Source of the DNA: Oikopleura dioica
Taxonomy: Eukaryota; Animalia; Chordata
Direction of reading: 5' to 3'
NCBI GenBank assembly: GCA_907165135.1
Contig: OU015569.1
Location: forward strand, 12,462,001 to 12,526,000
DNA length: 64,000 nt
Position numbers and translations under genes: made by a program. Shown in pieces: positions 12,330 to 24,409 of the stretch. The notes under the pieces are model-generated. The model saw only the letters and a list, made by a program, of their open reading frames with translations, was not told the origin of the DNA and did no database searches. The stretch's first letter is position 1. Each line of letters opens with the position of its first letter.

Positions 12330-13279
12330 ATGCCCTTTTTGAAGCATAATCTGCCGTATACAGAGCCGCTGTGGCACGAATCGGACCGAAAGGCGCAAAA
12401 GGATGGTTACAGGAGCACATTTTATTACACAAACAGGTGCGCTTTCTTCTTTTCAGGGTCCCGAAAAAGCTCTAGTAAAAATATAAATTTGAGTTCAGAG
12501 ATGAATACTGGGGAATGTGGAAGGACAACAAGCGGCACGGACGGGGGCGGCATTACTATCACAAGGGAAAGGTTAGAAAGCTCCTTTATTTCTGTTGCTG
12601 ATTTCATTTTACAGGCGATGTACAACGGGCTCTGGGAAGCGGACAAGCGCGCTGGAAAGGGAAGCTACGCGCTGCTGGATCCGAAGAGCAAGGAGTACAG
12701 AACGATCTACTACGGCGAGTGGCAGGACGACATGAAGCACGGAAACGGAATCTATTACTACGAGTCGGTCCTTTTGCGTATTACGAAGGGAGGGGTTAAA
12801 TTTGCTTGTTTAGCCACGAAGTAGAGTCCTACTACGAAGGTAACTGGAGCTGCGACAAGCGCCACGGCTTCGGAAAAATGTTCTTTCCAGACGGGTCGAT
12901 TTACGAAGGCGGCTGGGTGGACGACCAGGAACACGGCCGCGGAACTCTTTATCTCTCAAATGGAGACGTCTACGATGGACAGTGGGAACACGGAGTCAAG
13001 CACGGAAACGGAAACTTTCATCTTCGAGTAAGTCCTCGCATTCTTCGACTCTGGGCTCGGCAAGCTGTACTCTTTTCTTATTTTTTTCAGTCGCGCGGGC
13101 ACGTTCTAGTCGGCAGCTGGTTCCAAGGCACTTCGAAATGCGGCGAAATCAAGAGCGTCAACGACAGCAGCGCTGACAAGCCGTTCGAGTACGAAATTCC
13201 CGAATTGAAACTGGCCGATCCGACGGGCGTTCTTGCCGAGGCGCGCTCACATCTCATGGAAGAAAAGCAGAAAAGCTAA
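12330..13279 (+). CDS. MORN3: MORN repeat-containing protein 3
   Basis: MPFLK..EPLWHESDRKAQKDGYRS; MORN repeats (YWGMWKDNKRHGRG, YEGNWSCDKRHGFGKMFFPDGSIYEGGW); C-terminal YEIPELKLADPTGVLAEA typical of MORN3. Confidence 0.85.
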
Positions 13280-13453
13280 AGATTAAAATATGCAGAACTT
13301 TTGTACTTGAAAATTGCACTCTCCGAATTCATATCTTCTATTTTCTTACTTCAACTAAATAAACAATATTCTATTTTTTTAAATTTGAGAATCAAAAATG
13401 CTGCAAGACAGATCAGGTCAGGATCCTGACTCAGGTTTTCTTTTTCTCTCTAG

Positions 13454-13802
13454 AATGACTTCTGAAACAGAATTCGAAGTGGAAGCGATCACCGATTTCC
13501 GCGAAGAAGACTCGGACAATGAGCCAGTCATCGAGTACAGAGTCAAGTGGAGAGGATTTCCAGATGAACAGAGCACCTGGGAGCCGGTGGAGAGCCTCAC
13601 CGAAGACAAGGGGACGCGCAGAATGGTAGAAGGCTTCAACAAGCATTATACAGAGCGCATCTTGTACAAAATCAGAAAATACTCGAAAAAGGGATTCTCC
13701 GGAATCGAACGCGTCAAAGAATGTAAGTTTTTATCTGTTTCTCTCAAGATTTGTATGCGCCTTTCTTATTGCAAGAGAAGACCCGGTTCAAATATGAAAT
13801 AA
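13454..13802 (+). CDS. Chromodomain-containing protein (3' end unresolved)
   Basis: FEVEAITD..EYRVKWRGFPDEQSTWEPVESL chromodomain with aromatic-cage residues; ctctag|aATG start; donor at 13723. Confidence 0.75.
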
Positions 13803-13816
13803 ATTTTATTGGGCAA

Positions 13817-14385
13817 TTAGGCTTGCACAAGAGCTGCATCGGAGCTTTCTTTCGCTTCGGCTTCGGCGGAGGAGGTGATGACGGGATCGCTGGAGTTCTC
13901 CTCGTTTTTTTTGTCGCCTGAATATTTAGTAAAAATTTTTTTTTTATGCTATGGTATTACCTTGGTTCTCTTCGATTGGATCCAAGCGTTTTCCTACAAC
14001 CAAGTCATCTTCGTCAGCAGCTAATCGAAATAATTTTAGATAATTTCTTACTTAATAAATTCTTACTTTGATCGAACGAGACGAAAGAACAGTCTGACGA
14101 TGAAGAGAGAATCGTGAGATTCTGCGAATCTGTTCGAAGTACATGTACTCCTGAGGCTGATTCTTCCTCAATGACGGATAGTCTAATATGATATTATTTA
14201 TTAGTATAGCTTATATTATATAAGTTATATACGCATTACCTTGCTCCTTCCTGCTCTTCCTGCTCTTCTTGCCGAGCCCAGCTCCGCAGAGCCTGCTCTT
14301 CGAAAACATCATCTTCTGATGCAGGCTCTGGGAGTGGCAGGTCCTCTAAGCAGGCGGGAAGGCTAATCGCTCGTCTCTCGCTCAT
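13817..14385 (-). CDS. Acidic low-complexity hypothetical protein (4 exons)
   Basis: GT-AG introns join MSERRAISLP..EEQEGAR|LSVIEEES..FDQ|..DEDDLVVG..NQ|GDKKNEENSS..VQA* in frame. Confidence 0.55.
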
Positions 14386-14615
14386 CGTAAATTAAACCTC
14401 TTTTTTTTTCTGCACTGCTAACTAGGAGGCAATAACGTTTTCAAGCTCGAGATTTCGGTTAAGATTGCCATCTAAAAAACGACCTGATCGCGGAAAATGA
14501 TCTTCGAGAGTTTTCTCGAATTTTTCAAGGCGCAAAGTCGAAAATTCGCCAGTACTCCCCAAAATTATGCTTTCATTATTATTCAATATTATATATATTA
14601 TTTGAAGACGAACGG

Positions 14616-15119
14616 ATGCTGAAACACCGCGATTACGTCTTGGCAGGAAAACACATCGCTAAAGCGCGCTCTAGAAAGCGGGCAAGATCGCCAGACAGCT
14701 CGGAAGAGGAAGAAGATCTCGTCGAAGGAAACATCGTCACTCCTGGACAGACCTCGGCCAGAGAGGAGCAAGAATTCAAAGTAAAACGGAGAAATTCATA
14801 AACCTTTCGAAAATTGATTTCTCAGGAATTTTTGGAGCAACAGGCAGCCGAGCAGCAGCGAGCAGAAGAAAAGGCTAGAAAAGAAAAAGAAAGAAAAAAG
14901 CTGGAAAGGTAAAGTTTAGTTTTTTGGTAAGTCGCTAAAGAAATGCTTTTCAGTCAAAAACAAGCAGTCCCGAAAGCGTTTTTGGAAGCAGACGCGCCAG
15001 ACGTGAAGAAAGTCAAACTTGACCCGAAGAACACAGGCGAATTGAAGAGCTACGAACGACTCGTCATGGAAAAAGAACATCCCTGCATGACAATCCCAAA
15101 CGTCCTCAGCGAATTCTGA
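14616..15119 (+). CDS. Charged, coiled-coil-like hypothetical nuclear protein (3 exons)
   Basis: MLKHRDYVLAG..RKRARSPDSSEEEE..EFK|EFLEQQAAEQ..|..KKVKLDP..LSEF* with canonical short introns. Confidence 0.6.
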
Positions 15120-15350
15120 TTTACCCGACTTTAACCTTCAATTTTTGTTATTTTTCAAATCATCGTTTCTCAACTTTTTATTCCGGTTTGAAAAAATATA
15201 TCTTTCAAAATCTTCTATGATATTCGAAAATCCCAATTCCAAGCCAGCATTTTTACATTCACGTTTCGTTTTAAATCAGTTCCGAGTTTCGTAAACTTTC
15301 CGCAATAAACAACAAATTAGAAGAAATCGCATAAATGTGTTCAGAGTAGA

Positions 15351-18212
15351 ATGCATGTTCTTTGGTTAGCCTTAATCGTCATCGGCGACGCGAAAAAAGT
15401 GCCCAACTCGAAGCTGGACAGCATTATCTACGACTATCTGACGATCGATGACCAGCAACGCTCGTTCTGTTTTCGCCGGCTCAATCAAACCGGCCAGATC
15501 GGCTGCCAAAGCCTCCAGGAACCCGGCAACAGCGGCACGCTCATTTACCTTGGCAACGATCAAGCCAAACTCGACGAGTATTTGAACGACGCGCAAAAAG
15601 TAAAGTTTTTCGCCCCCTACGTCTTTCTTCTTGAACTCTCTCTCCTAAACAAGAAAAATATTGAAGTCCTTTCTTCTGAAAAATCCCTCGGAGTTGCCGC
15701 GCTTCTTGTTTACAGGCAAAGAGTGGAATCTTGAAAAAAAAATAAACATCAAGGTCTCTTCCTTGATTTCACTCCAAAAAAGAAACTCTTCAATCGAGCT
15801 CGAGAGCTTTTCTCCTGACTACGTTTGCCCTGGCATCGGCGATACTTGCACCCACGAGTGGAATCCCTCAGGATCTGGTATCTTCTGGCGCGATTATTCC
15901 TTCCCCCTGATTTTCTACAAAAATGAGACGATCGTCGAGAAGCTGCGCGACGACTTCTTCAAGTACAACAGCGACACCGAGTATCCCCTGCTGCAGTATC
16001 AGGTGGCAACGTTCATGCGCGCCGCCGTGGACACGCCGACTTGCAAGCGTCGCAGCGACCTGAGCGAGCGATCCACCGGTCTTGAAGGGACAAGTTCTCC
16101 GCGCTGCGATCTCTACAATGGCTACGCCACGTTTTCGATGTTTCCCAAGCGGCAGAACGGCGGAAACGAGCCCGAGTCCCTCCCCGAAAAGTCGACAGTG
16201 GCAATTGTGACGCGATCCGACTCGCTCGCTTTTTTCCACTCGACCACTAGCGGCGTCGGCGCCCACACGGCCGCGATGATGATCCAACTGGCGATCGGAA
16301 AGGCGCTCAAGGAAAGCGGCCTCGTTGACAAGCTGGAAAGTTACGGCAGAAATGTTGTGTTGATGACGCTTCCGGCCGAGGAGCTCAAGAACATCGGGTC
16401 CTCTTCGGTGGTTTTCGATATGGCGAACTACAACAAAATCCCCGTCAAGTTTCAAAGCGGCGAAAGCGTTCTTGGCGGTCCAAACTCGAGCATTCGAAAG
16501 TCGTACGGATCCTACACTGTCGAGAAAGAAATCTCCGAGTACCTCGGCCCCGTCCAGTTGAAAGTCAAGTCGTTGCGACATTTGATTGAGCTTGGACAGC
16601 TGGACGCCAATCCTGAAAATCTCTTCCTCCACGGCGAAAGCGTAGTCGATTCACAAGTCTTGGACGCATTCACGCGCAACGCAGCTAGTCCAGAAAACGG
16701 CTCTAGAAATTAGCAATTGAACATATTCAAGTATCTTGTATATATATTATATCTATTGAGGGCCGTTTTTTTGATATCGCTTTATTTTCTCGAGCCAAAA
16801 TTCAGAGCTTTCCTTCTCGCCTGCATCTGGCAGCAACGGACTTCCATCAACCCTGATGAAGGCCTTCTTTGATTCGTCAACGGAAGACTCTGAACTCAGC
16901 GCCAAATCCGTCTACGTCGGCAACTTCGACACCCAGTTCACCAACAAGTTCCACAACTCAATGCTTGACGACCTCAATAATTTCGGATTTTCGGCAGATT
17001 ATTGCACTGACAACTCGTTCAAAAATGAAGGTCAGCAACTTAGAGGATTTTTTCGATGATTTATTTCCAAAAATTTAGGCGCGAAACTAGCGAATTATGC
17101 GACGTCCTTGGCGCGAACAGCTGTCGACCTCGCTCTAAAAGAAACCGAATTTTCTCCGGACGAGCTTTCATCCCTTTCCGTCTCAGAAGAGACAATTCAA
17201 GAACTCTTCTGTTGTTTCCTCGGAAATCCCCAGCAATGTGACTTGATCTCGCCACTTTTCAACACGACGTTTTCGGGGCGAAAGTTTTCGACTACAGGTT
17301 AGAAATTTTTAACTGTCGTATCTTCATTGACATTGATCCTCTTCGTTTAGGCGCTCAGGTTTTACCCCACTGGAGACCTCCTCGATTCGACTTTTCTTCG
17401 ACTGTATCTGGAAGCAATCCACCCGTCCCGCTTGACGTAAGAGCATTAACTTTGATTGTCGTTTTGAATTGGGGGAAATTAGTCTTCCTTGATTTCAACC
17501 AGCGGCCGTAGTTGATAACATTTTGTGTTCTCAGGTGTTTACGAATACGATGATCTACTTCACGGGCGAAGACGTGGAATGCGACTCGAGCAATGTTACC
17601 GACTGCTGGGAAAAGTGCTCTCAAGAAAACATCCAGAGCGGCGTTGTTGACAGGTATTTTTATTCGAGGATCTTTGGGTCTATGCAGATCCAACTGGACA
17701 CGAGCTTTTTAGGCTATTCGAATATCGATTGCTCCGAAACAACACAATCTGCAAAAAGTCGCCAGTGTATCAAGTGTTTGCGCAGAGCCCAGCGGGGAGG
17801 ATCGAGAACTACGACTTCGAGAAGAATGAAGCTGGCTTCTCTCTTTGGAGCGAATCACGTGAGTTCACTTTCAATTATCAGCCTAGTTGAATTATTAAAT
17901 GCCTTGTTTGCTACGAAGTTCTCGAACGGAATCGTTCTAGCGAAATCGAGGTTTTAACTTGAGCACTAGAAACAAAAAAGCAATATTTGCGAGAAAAAAT
18001 TTAATCGATCTTTCTCAGAATGGAACGGCGGCCTCGCCGAAGGAAGACTATTCCTGAAGCAGTCGCCGACGAGCGAGAACATCATCCTCTCAGTCGGCGT
18101 CATCTCGGTCTTCTTCGCCTATTTGATCTCCTGGCTGGTCAAGTGGAAGTCTGCCTCGCTGTTTACGCCCTCGCAAGGGTTTCTGAATCCAGTCTCGACA
18201 GTCGCCTCGTGA
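15351..18212 (+). CDS. NCSTN: Nicastrin (gamma-secretase subunit)
   Basis: Signal peptide; FCFRRLNQTGQIGCQS; FSPDYVCP; WNPSGSGIFWRDYSFPLIF; TCKRR; EELKNIGSSSVVFDM; LIELGQL; C-terminal TM ILSVGVISVFFAYLISWLV. Confidence 0.9.
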
Positions 18213-18434
18213 GTTCACTTCATTCTGTATTTTACTGTACAATTTTAAAAACTGCATCCCCAACTGATTCCCTCACTCGACCGGAAATCGCTTATTTCTT
18301 CTTTGGGAGTTTTTTTTTTATTCAAAGTTCCAGCATTCATTTCCTTTTCAAAAAATCTGTTTCTATCCTGCCCTTCTTTATCTTATGCTTGTAGTTTAAA
18401 TTTCTTCATTGTTTCTTCAACCTGTTAACGGCCA

Positions 18435-18960
18435 ACCACTCACTTGTGATGAAAATAAATTAAGCAAAAATTCAAAAAAAAAGAAATAAAGAAAAAGAGC
18501 TGATTCTCGTGCATAAAAAGAACGAGGATCATTTGTTGTTGAAATTGAGGCAGCATTTATTCGCAAAAATAACGATCTGTTTGAGACGATAGCTTTGTAT
18601 CTGTTTATAAGAGCCACTAGAAACACTTAACATCGACCGGGACCAGATTATGATAAACTGGGATCTACAACCTGTGCAGAAAACATGAGTTAGGTTTCGA
18701 GAAGCTTACGCAGCTTTTCATTTTAGCCCTTTCAGACGCTAACTCAGGTTTTCTACGCAGGTTGCCAAGCCCAGATGAGAGAATGCCTGGAGTAAATTTG
18801 TTGCTAGCCCTTCGACGATGATTTGTTGGCTCTTCTCTGCTTTTCGTTTTTGCCACTATCGAGCTCGCTGTCCTTGCCAAGGACTCCTTGGTGCCGAAGC
18901 TGTTTTTCAAGGGGGTGAAATCATGGAAGAGACCTCCTTATTTTGCAGACTTTTGCGGTG
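18435..18960. repeat. Copy 1 of a roughly 0.5-kb local duplication (contains a family A MITE)
   Basis: aaccactcacttgtgatgaaaataaattaagcaaaaattc... through gggtgaaatcatggaagag is repeated at about 19777-20300. Confidence 0.8.
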
Positions 18961-19195
18961 ATTTTTTAGCGGGATCTTCTCGCAGGTGCGGCGAATCTCC
19001 TTTCCTTATTTGGAGATGAGCAAAGCGAGTCCACAACAAAAAAACAACGAGTTGTGTCAGAAAAGAACCGGGGAATTCGGCTGGAAAAAAACTTTTTCAT
19101 GTCAATATCGATGTATAAAAAGCCCTGTCCCACCAGGAAAACTCACAAATAATTTTTATTATTTGAGAAAACGCGAAAACTAAGAGAATTTGTTG

Positions 19196-19763
19196 ATGGG
19201 TTCCCAGCAAGAGGAAATCAAAGAGGAAACCAATAAACGTCCAGAGAAGAAAGCCAAGCAAGATGATTCCTCTTCTTCTGATGATAAAGGTATAAAAGCG
19301 TAAATTCTCTATGTATAGACAGTTTTTTGTTTTTTACGGTCAGATCTTGTCCAGTGTGCTTTCGATGATTGCGCTCTCGACCTTGCTCGCAAGCACCACG
19401 ATCGTGATCGACATGAAGCAATAAGTTTTATTGAGAAGAGAATCATTCAAGTAAGTTTGAGAAGCTGGTAATTTGTGAGTCTATAAAATACCTTAAGCTC
19501 GAAGGTATTCTCGAAAATAGAAAAGATCCACGTCCAATACAGCGACCTTGCAGAGTGGAGGCTATAGATGGTCCCAACGCATGCTTATTGGACAGATTAG
19601 AGACGGAAGATGAGATTTTCAAGCTCAGAACGAAAACAAATCGGTCGCTTCAGATCCTCCAAGCTTGCCTATCAATCTATAAAGTCACTTTGACACAGGT
19701 AAAAGCGTCTTACTAACAATTGTAAGCAAGATTGTCTTTCAGCTGCGGAAATTCAATAAATGA
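19196..19763 (+). CDS. Hypothetical protein, about 140 aa (4 exons)
   Basis: MGSQQEEIKEE..DDK|DLVQCAFDDC..RIIQ|LEGILEN..LTQ|LRKFNK* with canonical introns in frame. Confidence 0.55.
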
Positions 19764-19776
19764 TGAAGATCCCTGA

Positions 19777-20300
19777 ACCACTCACTTGTGATGAAAATAA
19801 ATTAAGCAAAAATTCAAAACAAAGAAAAAAAGAAAAAGAGATGATTCTCATGCATAAAAAAAGCACGAGGATCATCTGTTGTTGAAAACGAGGCAGGGCA
19901 GCATTTATTCGCAAAAATTATGTTCTATTCGAGACGATAGATTTGTATCTGTTTATAAGAGCCACTAGAAACACTTAACATCGACCGGGACCAGATAATA
20001 AGAAATTGTGATTGGCAACCTGTGCAGAAAACCTGAGTTAGGCTTCGAGAAGCTTACGCAATATTTCATTTTAGCCCTTTCAGACCCTGACTCAGGTTTT
20101 CTACGCAGGTTGCCAAGCCCAGATGAGAAAATACCTGGAGTAAATTTGTTGCTAGCCCTTCGACGATGATTTGCTGGGTCTTCTCTGCGCTTCGTCTTTG
20201 CCACTATCGAGCTCGCTGTCCTTGGTGCCTGTTTTTGACAGGGGTGAAATCATGGAAGAGTTCATCTTCTCTTTCTTTTCGCATCGCTTGTGTTTCTTGA
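19777..20300. repeat. Copy 2 of the 0.5-kb local duplication
   Basis: Diverged direct repeat of 18435-18960, including the same MITE A insertion. Confidence 0.8.
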
Positions 20301-20520
20301 AGGAAAAGTATTTCATGCTATTCTTGGAAATCAAAGTTGTTATTCTTTGCTTCTTTTTTCAGATGGAGATTTCCGAAGTGCTTCTTTAAGTATATGCTTT
20401 GTAAAATCAATTTTGAAAATTCCATCAGTTGTTAAGATTTTTTGGTGGCAATATCCAGGGCAGTAAGTCTCGTAGAAGTTGAAGGTTCAAATTTAAACTG
20501 CTCTAACCTAGGTTAGATCT

Positions 20521-20870
20521 AGAGCGGCGTTTTGTCGTTGACAGGTATTTTTATTGAAAAGGGGAAGGAATTGATCTTTGGGGCGCGGTCTTTGCAGATC
20601 CAATTGGACACGAGTGTTTTAGGCTATTCGAATATCGATTGCTCCGAAACAACACAATCTGTAAAAAGTCGCTAGTGTATCAAGTGTTTGCGCAGAGCCC
20701 AGCGGGGAGGATCGAGAACTACGACTTCGAAAAAAAAATGAAGCTGGCTAACGACCGGAAATCGTGATATTCGCTTTCTTATCCAAAGCTCCAGGCCAAT
20801 CTTCACTTCTTCTCAGAAAATCTGTTTCTAACTCGCCCTTCTTTATCTTTCGCTTGTAGTTTAAAACTCC
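20521..20870 (+). pseudogene. Decayed duplicated fragments of the nicastrin 3' region
   Basis: 20521-20750 matches about 17634-17835 (gcagatcca.ctggacacgag..gctattcgaatatcgattgctccgaaacaacacaatctg..ggggaggatcgagaactacgacttcga). About 20752-20865 matches the downstream 18277-18398 region. Confidence 0.75.
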
Positions 20871-20891
20871 TATATTTTCGTGTTTCAGAGG

Positions 20892-22652
20892 ATGATCGGA
20901 GGATTGTTCATTTACAATCATAAAGGAGAAGTTCTCCTTTCTCGCCTCTACAGACAGGACTTGAATAGGGGCCACATTGATGCATTCAGGTAACAAATTT
21001 TAAATTTTGCACTTGAAAAATCGACTTGATTTTTAGGGTTTCAGTGGTGCACTCCCGCTCAGCGGTGCGCTCCCCCATCGTCAACATCGCCAGGACTTCC
21101 TTCATGTACATCAAGTTCAACAACATCTGGATCGTGGCGGCGACGAGGACGAACGCAAATGTGGCGATGATCTTTACGCTTCTCAATAAAATCCTTATCG
21201 CAATGAAAGGTAGCTCTAGATAACACTATCACAGGAAATAGAATATATTTATATTAATTATTATAAAATTAATTTTATTTTTTTGAAATTAATTTATTAT
21301 TAATATCTTTTATAAATTATTATTAATAATTTATAAAATTATTTAATTTTTTTTATTAATAACATTTATTTTTTTTTCAAATACATCCACAAATTTAGGG
21401 ATCATGAGCAAAGTGAACGAGGAACACGTCAAGAATAATTTCGTCGTACTCTACGAGCTGCTGGACGAAGTACTCGACTACGGCTACCCTCAACAGGCGG
21501 AGCTTGGCGCACTCAAGGGAGTCGTCAACACTCATGCTGGGCTAAAGGTACTTTCAGCAGCTGGAATCGATCCATTTCGATTGTAGGCGGCGATGGAAGA
21601 CTTCGGCATCACTTCGTTGCGTTCACGCTCGCCCAGCAAGGAACCGTCTCACGTGACTTCGGCAGTGACGGGCCAAGTGGGCTGGCGTCGCGAAGGCATA
21701 AAATACCGTCGAAACGAAATCTTCCTCGACGTCCTGGAGAGCGTGAATTTGCTGATGAGCCAGGGCGGAAAGGTGCTTTCCTCGCACGTGGCGGGCCGAA
21801 TCGCGATGAAGAGCTACTTGTCCGGCATGCCAGAGTGCAAATTCGGCATGAACGACAAAATAGTCGGCGACAGCAAACCCGACAATACGGTAGGCAAAGC
21901 TTTCAAGCCGCTTTTTCAAATTCCGATTTCAGACAAGCGACTTCCACAAAGACGACAAGAAAGTGGGCGCGATCGCCATCGACGACTGCACTTTCCATCA
22001 ATGCGTTCGACTCTCGAAGTTGCACACCGAAAAGGCAGTTTCTTTCATTCCTCCCGACGGCGAGTTCGACCTGATGAAGTATAGAACCACGAAGGTAAGT
22101 TTTTTTTCTTTGAAGTTGAGAGCCTAAGCAGCATTTTCCAGGACGTGTTTCTGCCGTTCAAAGTGATCCCGATGGTTCGCGAGATCTCCCGCCAGAAGAT
22201 GGAAGTCCGAATCGTCGTCAAGTCTCAATTCGCGGCCGGCCTCTTTGGACAGAAAATCGAGATCAAAATCCCCACGCCAAAGAACACAGCTTCTGTTCAG
22301 CTGCTCTGTATGAAAGGAAAAGCCAAGTATAAGGCGGCCGAAAACGCGATCATTTGGAAAATGAAGGTATTTTTTTCTGATTTCATCTTGAGCACTTGAA
22401 ACTTTGTAATTTTAGCGAATGGCGGGCATGAAGGACAATCAAATGTCTGCCGAAATCGAGCTTCTTCCGACTTCGGAGAAGAAGTGCTCCCGGCCGCCGA
22501 TTTCGATGAACTTCGAGGTTCCCTTTTCTCCCTCCGGACTCAAGGTTCGCTATCTCAAAGTCTTCGAATCGAAGCTCAACTACTCGGACACCGACGTCGT
22601 CAAATGGGTCCGCTACATCGGCAAGAGCGGCCTTTACGAAACCAGATGCTAA
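20892..22652 (+). CDS. AP2M1: AP-2 complex subunit mu
   Basis: [21 protein letters not shown]; [21 protein letters not shown]; [32 protein letters not shown]; [16 protein letters not shown]; [13 protein letters not shown]; [17 protein letters not shown]. Confidence 0.96.
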
Positions 22653-23047
22653 AAGCTGCAAAGTTCGCGATTTCTTCATCTTTCTTTTACTCGTTATATT
22701 CTTCATCGTCAACTTCTTCAAAAACTATTTATACCGCCAAAGAATAAACACTTAAATGATCTACGAAATCGAGACTTGGATAATCTCGTTGAGTTTTTAT
22801 TTTTGTGTTGAAATATTTTAAGGTTGTAGCGAGTCAAAAGTTAATTTAATTAAAAAGGACTCAAAGAAAAATGGACTCTTTTTCGTGGTTCTCTTTGTTG
22901 TTTTCAGTTCTTTATTAATTCCAAAGCTTGTTTTCTGCCAAGGCAATGATTGCAGATTTTGAGGCACAGAAAATTGAAAAAAAGAAACTGTTTTTTTTAT
23001 TCCAAAGCTTTTAAAATATAATTGCAGACTTTGCGGCAGAGAAAAGG

Positions 23048-24044
23048 TTACTCGTTGAAGTTAGTGCCCTGTACAAAAAACTCGGGCTCGGAAAAGTGTT
23101 GTCCAGGTAGCCCATCTCTTCCTGGTGCGCCTTCCAGTCCCGGTGGTCCGATTTTACCGTCAGTTCCATCGTCGCCGGGGTATCCCTTTTCACCTTTTCG
23201 CCCAACATAACCCTGAACAAAGGGATTCGAGAGAAGGTTAACGATTTATTAAGAGAACCTTTTGACCAATCGGTCCTTTGACTCCTCTGTCTCCGTAGTC
23301 GCCGTCGCGTCCTTCTCGCCCTGGAAAGCCAGGATTTCCTTTTGCGCCAGCTGGCCCGGGCTCTCCGTCTTTGCCAGCGAACCCTTTCGGTCCTCGATCG
23401 CCTCGTTGCCCCGGCATGCCCTTTTCTCCCTTTGCGCCTGAATCTCCATGTCTCCCGCTTGCTCCATCGCGTCCTGAAAATATTTTCAAAATATTAAATA
23501 ATTACCACGATCGTCATTTTAGAATGATTAAATTTGGAGTTAATCAAATCATAAGCACTTTCCACAATGCTCAAAACATTCGTTTTATAAACTTGAGAAG
23601 CCACTCACGACTTCGAGAAAGCCGCGTTTTGCGGCTTGGTTTTTTGAAGCCGCTAGCGGCTTTTCCAGTTTTCGTAACAATTGTTCTCAACATTGTCGAA
23701 TGCACCACTAGTTTGATGAACTCAAAATTTACTCACTCAAAAATCGCGGTTCTTTTCAAGTAACTTTCCTGGCGCTCCAGCAGGCCCTCGTTGACCGCCA
23801 AGGCCCTGTCTTCCAGAGCTAGTCGCTCGCATTCGCGAAAGACGAGTCAACTTCCTCGTCAAGTAATCGACTTTGTTCTCCAAATCGCCGAGAAGAGGAT
23901 CATCTTCGCATCTGCAACTGTTCGAGTACTTTTCAAAGCGTTCTCTTTTTGTAAAACTCGCCTTTGCTTATTCAACTTGAGAAAACTTTCCTGTGCAAAA
24001 AGAACATCAACGAAAAATAGAAAAAGAAAATTTGAAGTTTTCAT
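23048..24044 (-). CDS. Short secreted collagen-like protein (signal peptide, short helical N-region, Gly-X-Y repeats)
   Basis: MKTSNFLFLFFVD|ASFTKRE..CRCEDD..GLGGQRGPAGAPGK|..GRDGASGRHGDSGAKGEKGMPG..GQK|GYVGRKGEKGYPG..FNE*. Confidence 0.75.
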
Positions 24045-24209
24045 TGCTCGAAAAACGAAATTTCTCTCGAGAAAGTTGTAATTGAAAACGACGAATTAAT
24101 GATTACGACGTCAATAAAAAAATTCGACACTGATGGTAATCGTTTATTGACGCCTCAACAAAAACCTTATTTATTCATTCAAAGAGCCTTGTGGGGATCC
24201 ACCCCGAAG

Positions 24210-24409
24210 CAGGGTTGTAAATTACCCTAACCACCCCACCTCGAGGGTGGGGTGCTTGCATATCACCTTGATATTTTTGAGGTGGGGTGGGGTGGTCACG
24301 GAAGCACCTCAATTTTCTCAGGGTGGGGTGGGTTGGTTCTCACGGCGAAGTTGAAATGTTGGGGTGGTGTTAGGGTGGGGTGGCTGGGGTGGGGTGATTT
24401 ACATCCCTG
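24210..24409. mobile_element. 200-bp CAGGG-ended MITE with a G-rich (GGGGT)n interior
   Basis: cagggttgtaaattaccc ... ggggtgatttacatccctg imperfect TIR; multiple GGGGTGGGGT runs inside; no clean TSD. Confidence 0.6.

Noticed and set aside
15868-16632. 254-aa minus-strand ORF
   Set aside because: Antisense shadow of the large nicastrin exon.
21240-21390. Nearly pure A/T stretch in an AP2M1 intron
   Set aside because: Low-complexity sequence with no discernible structure or termini.
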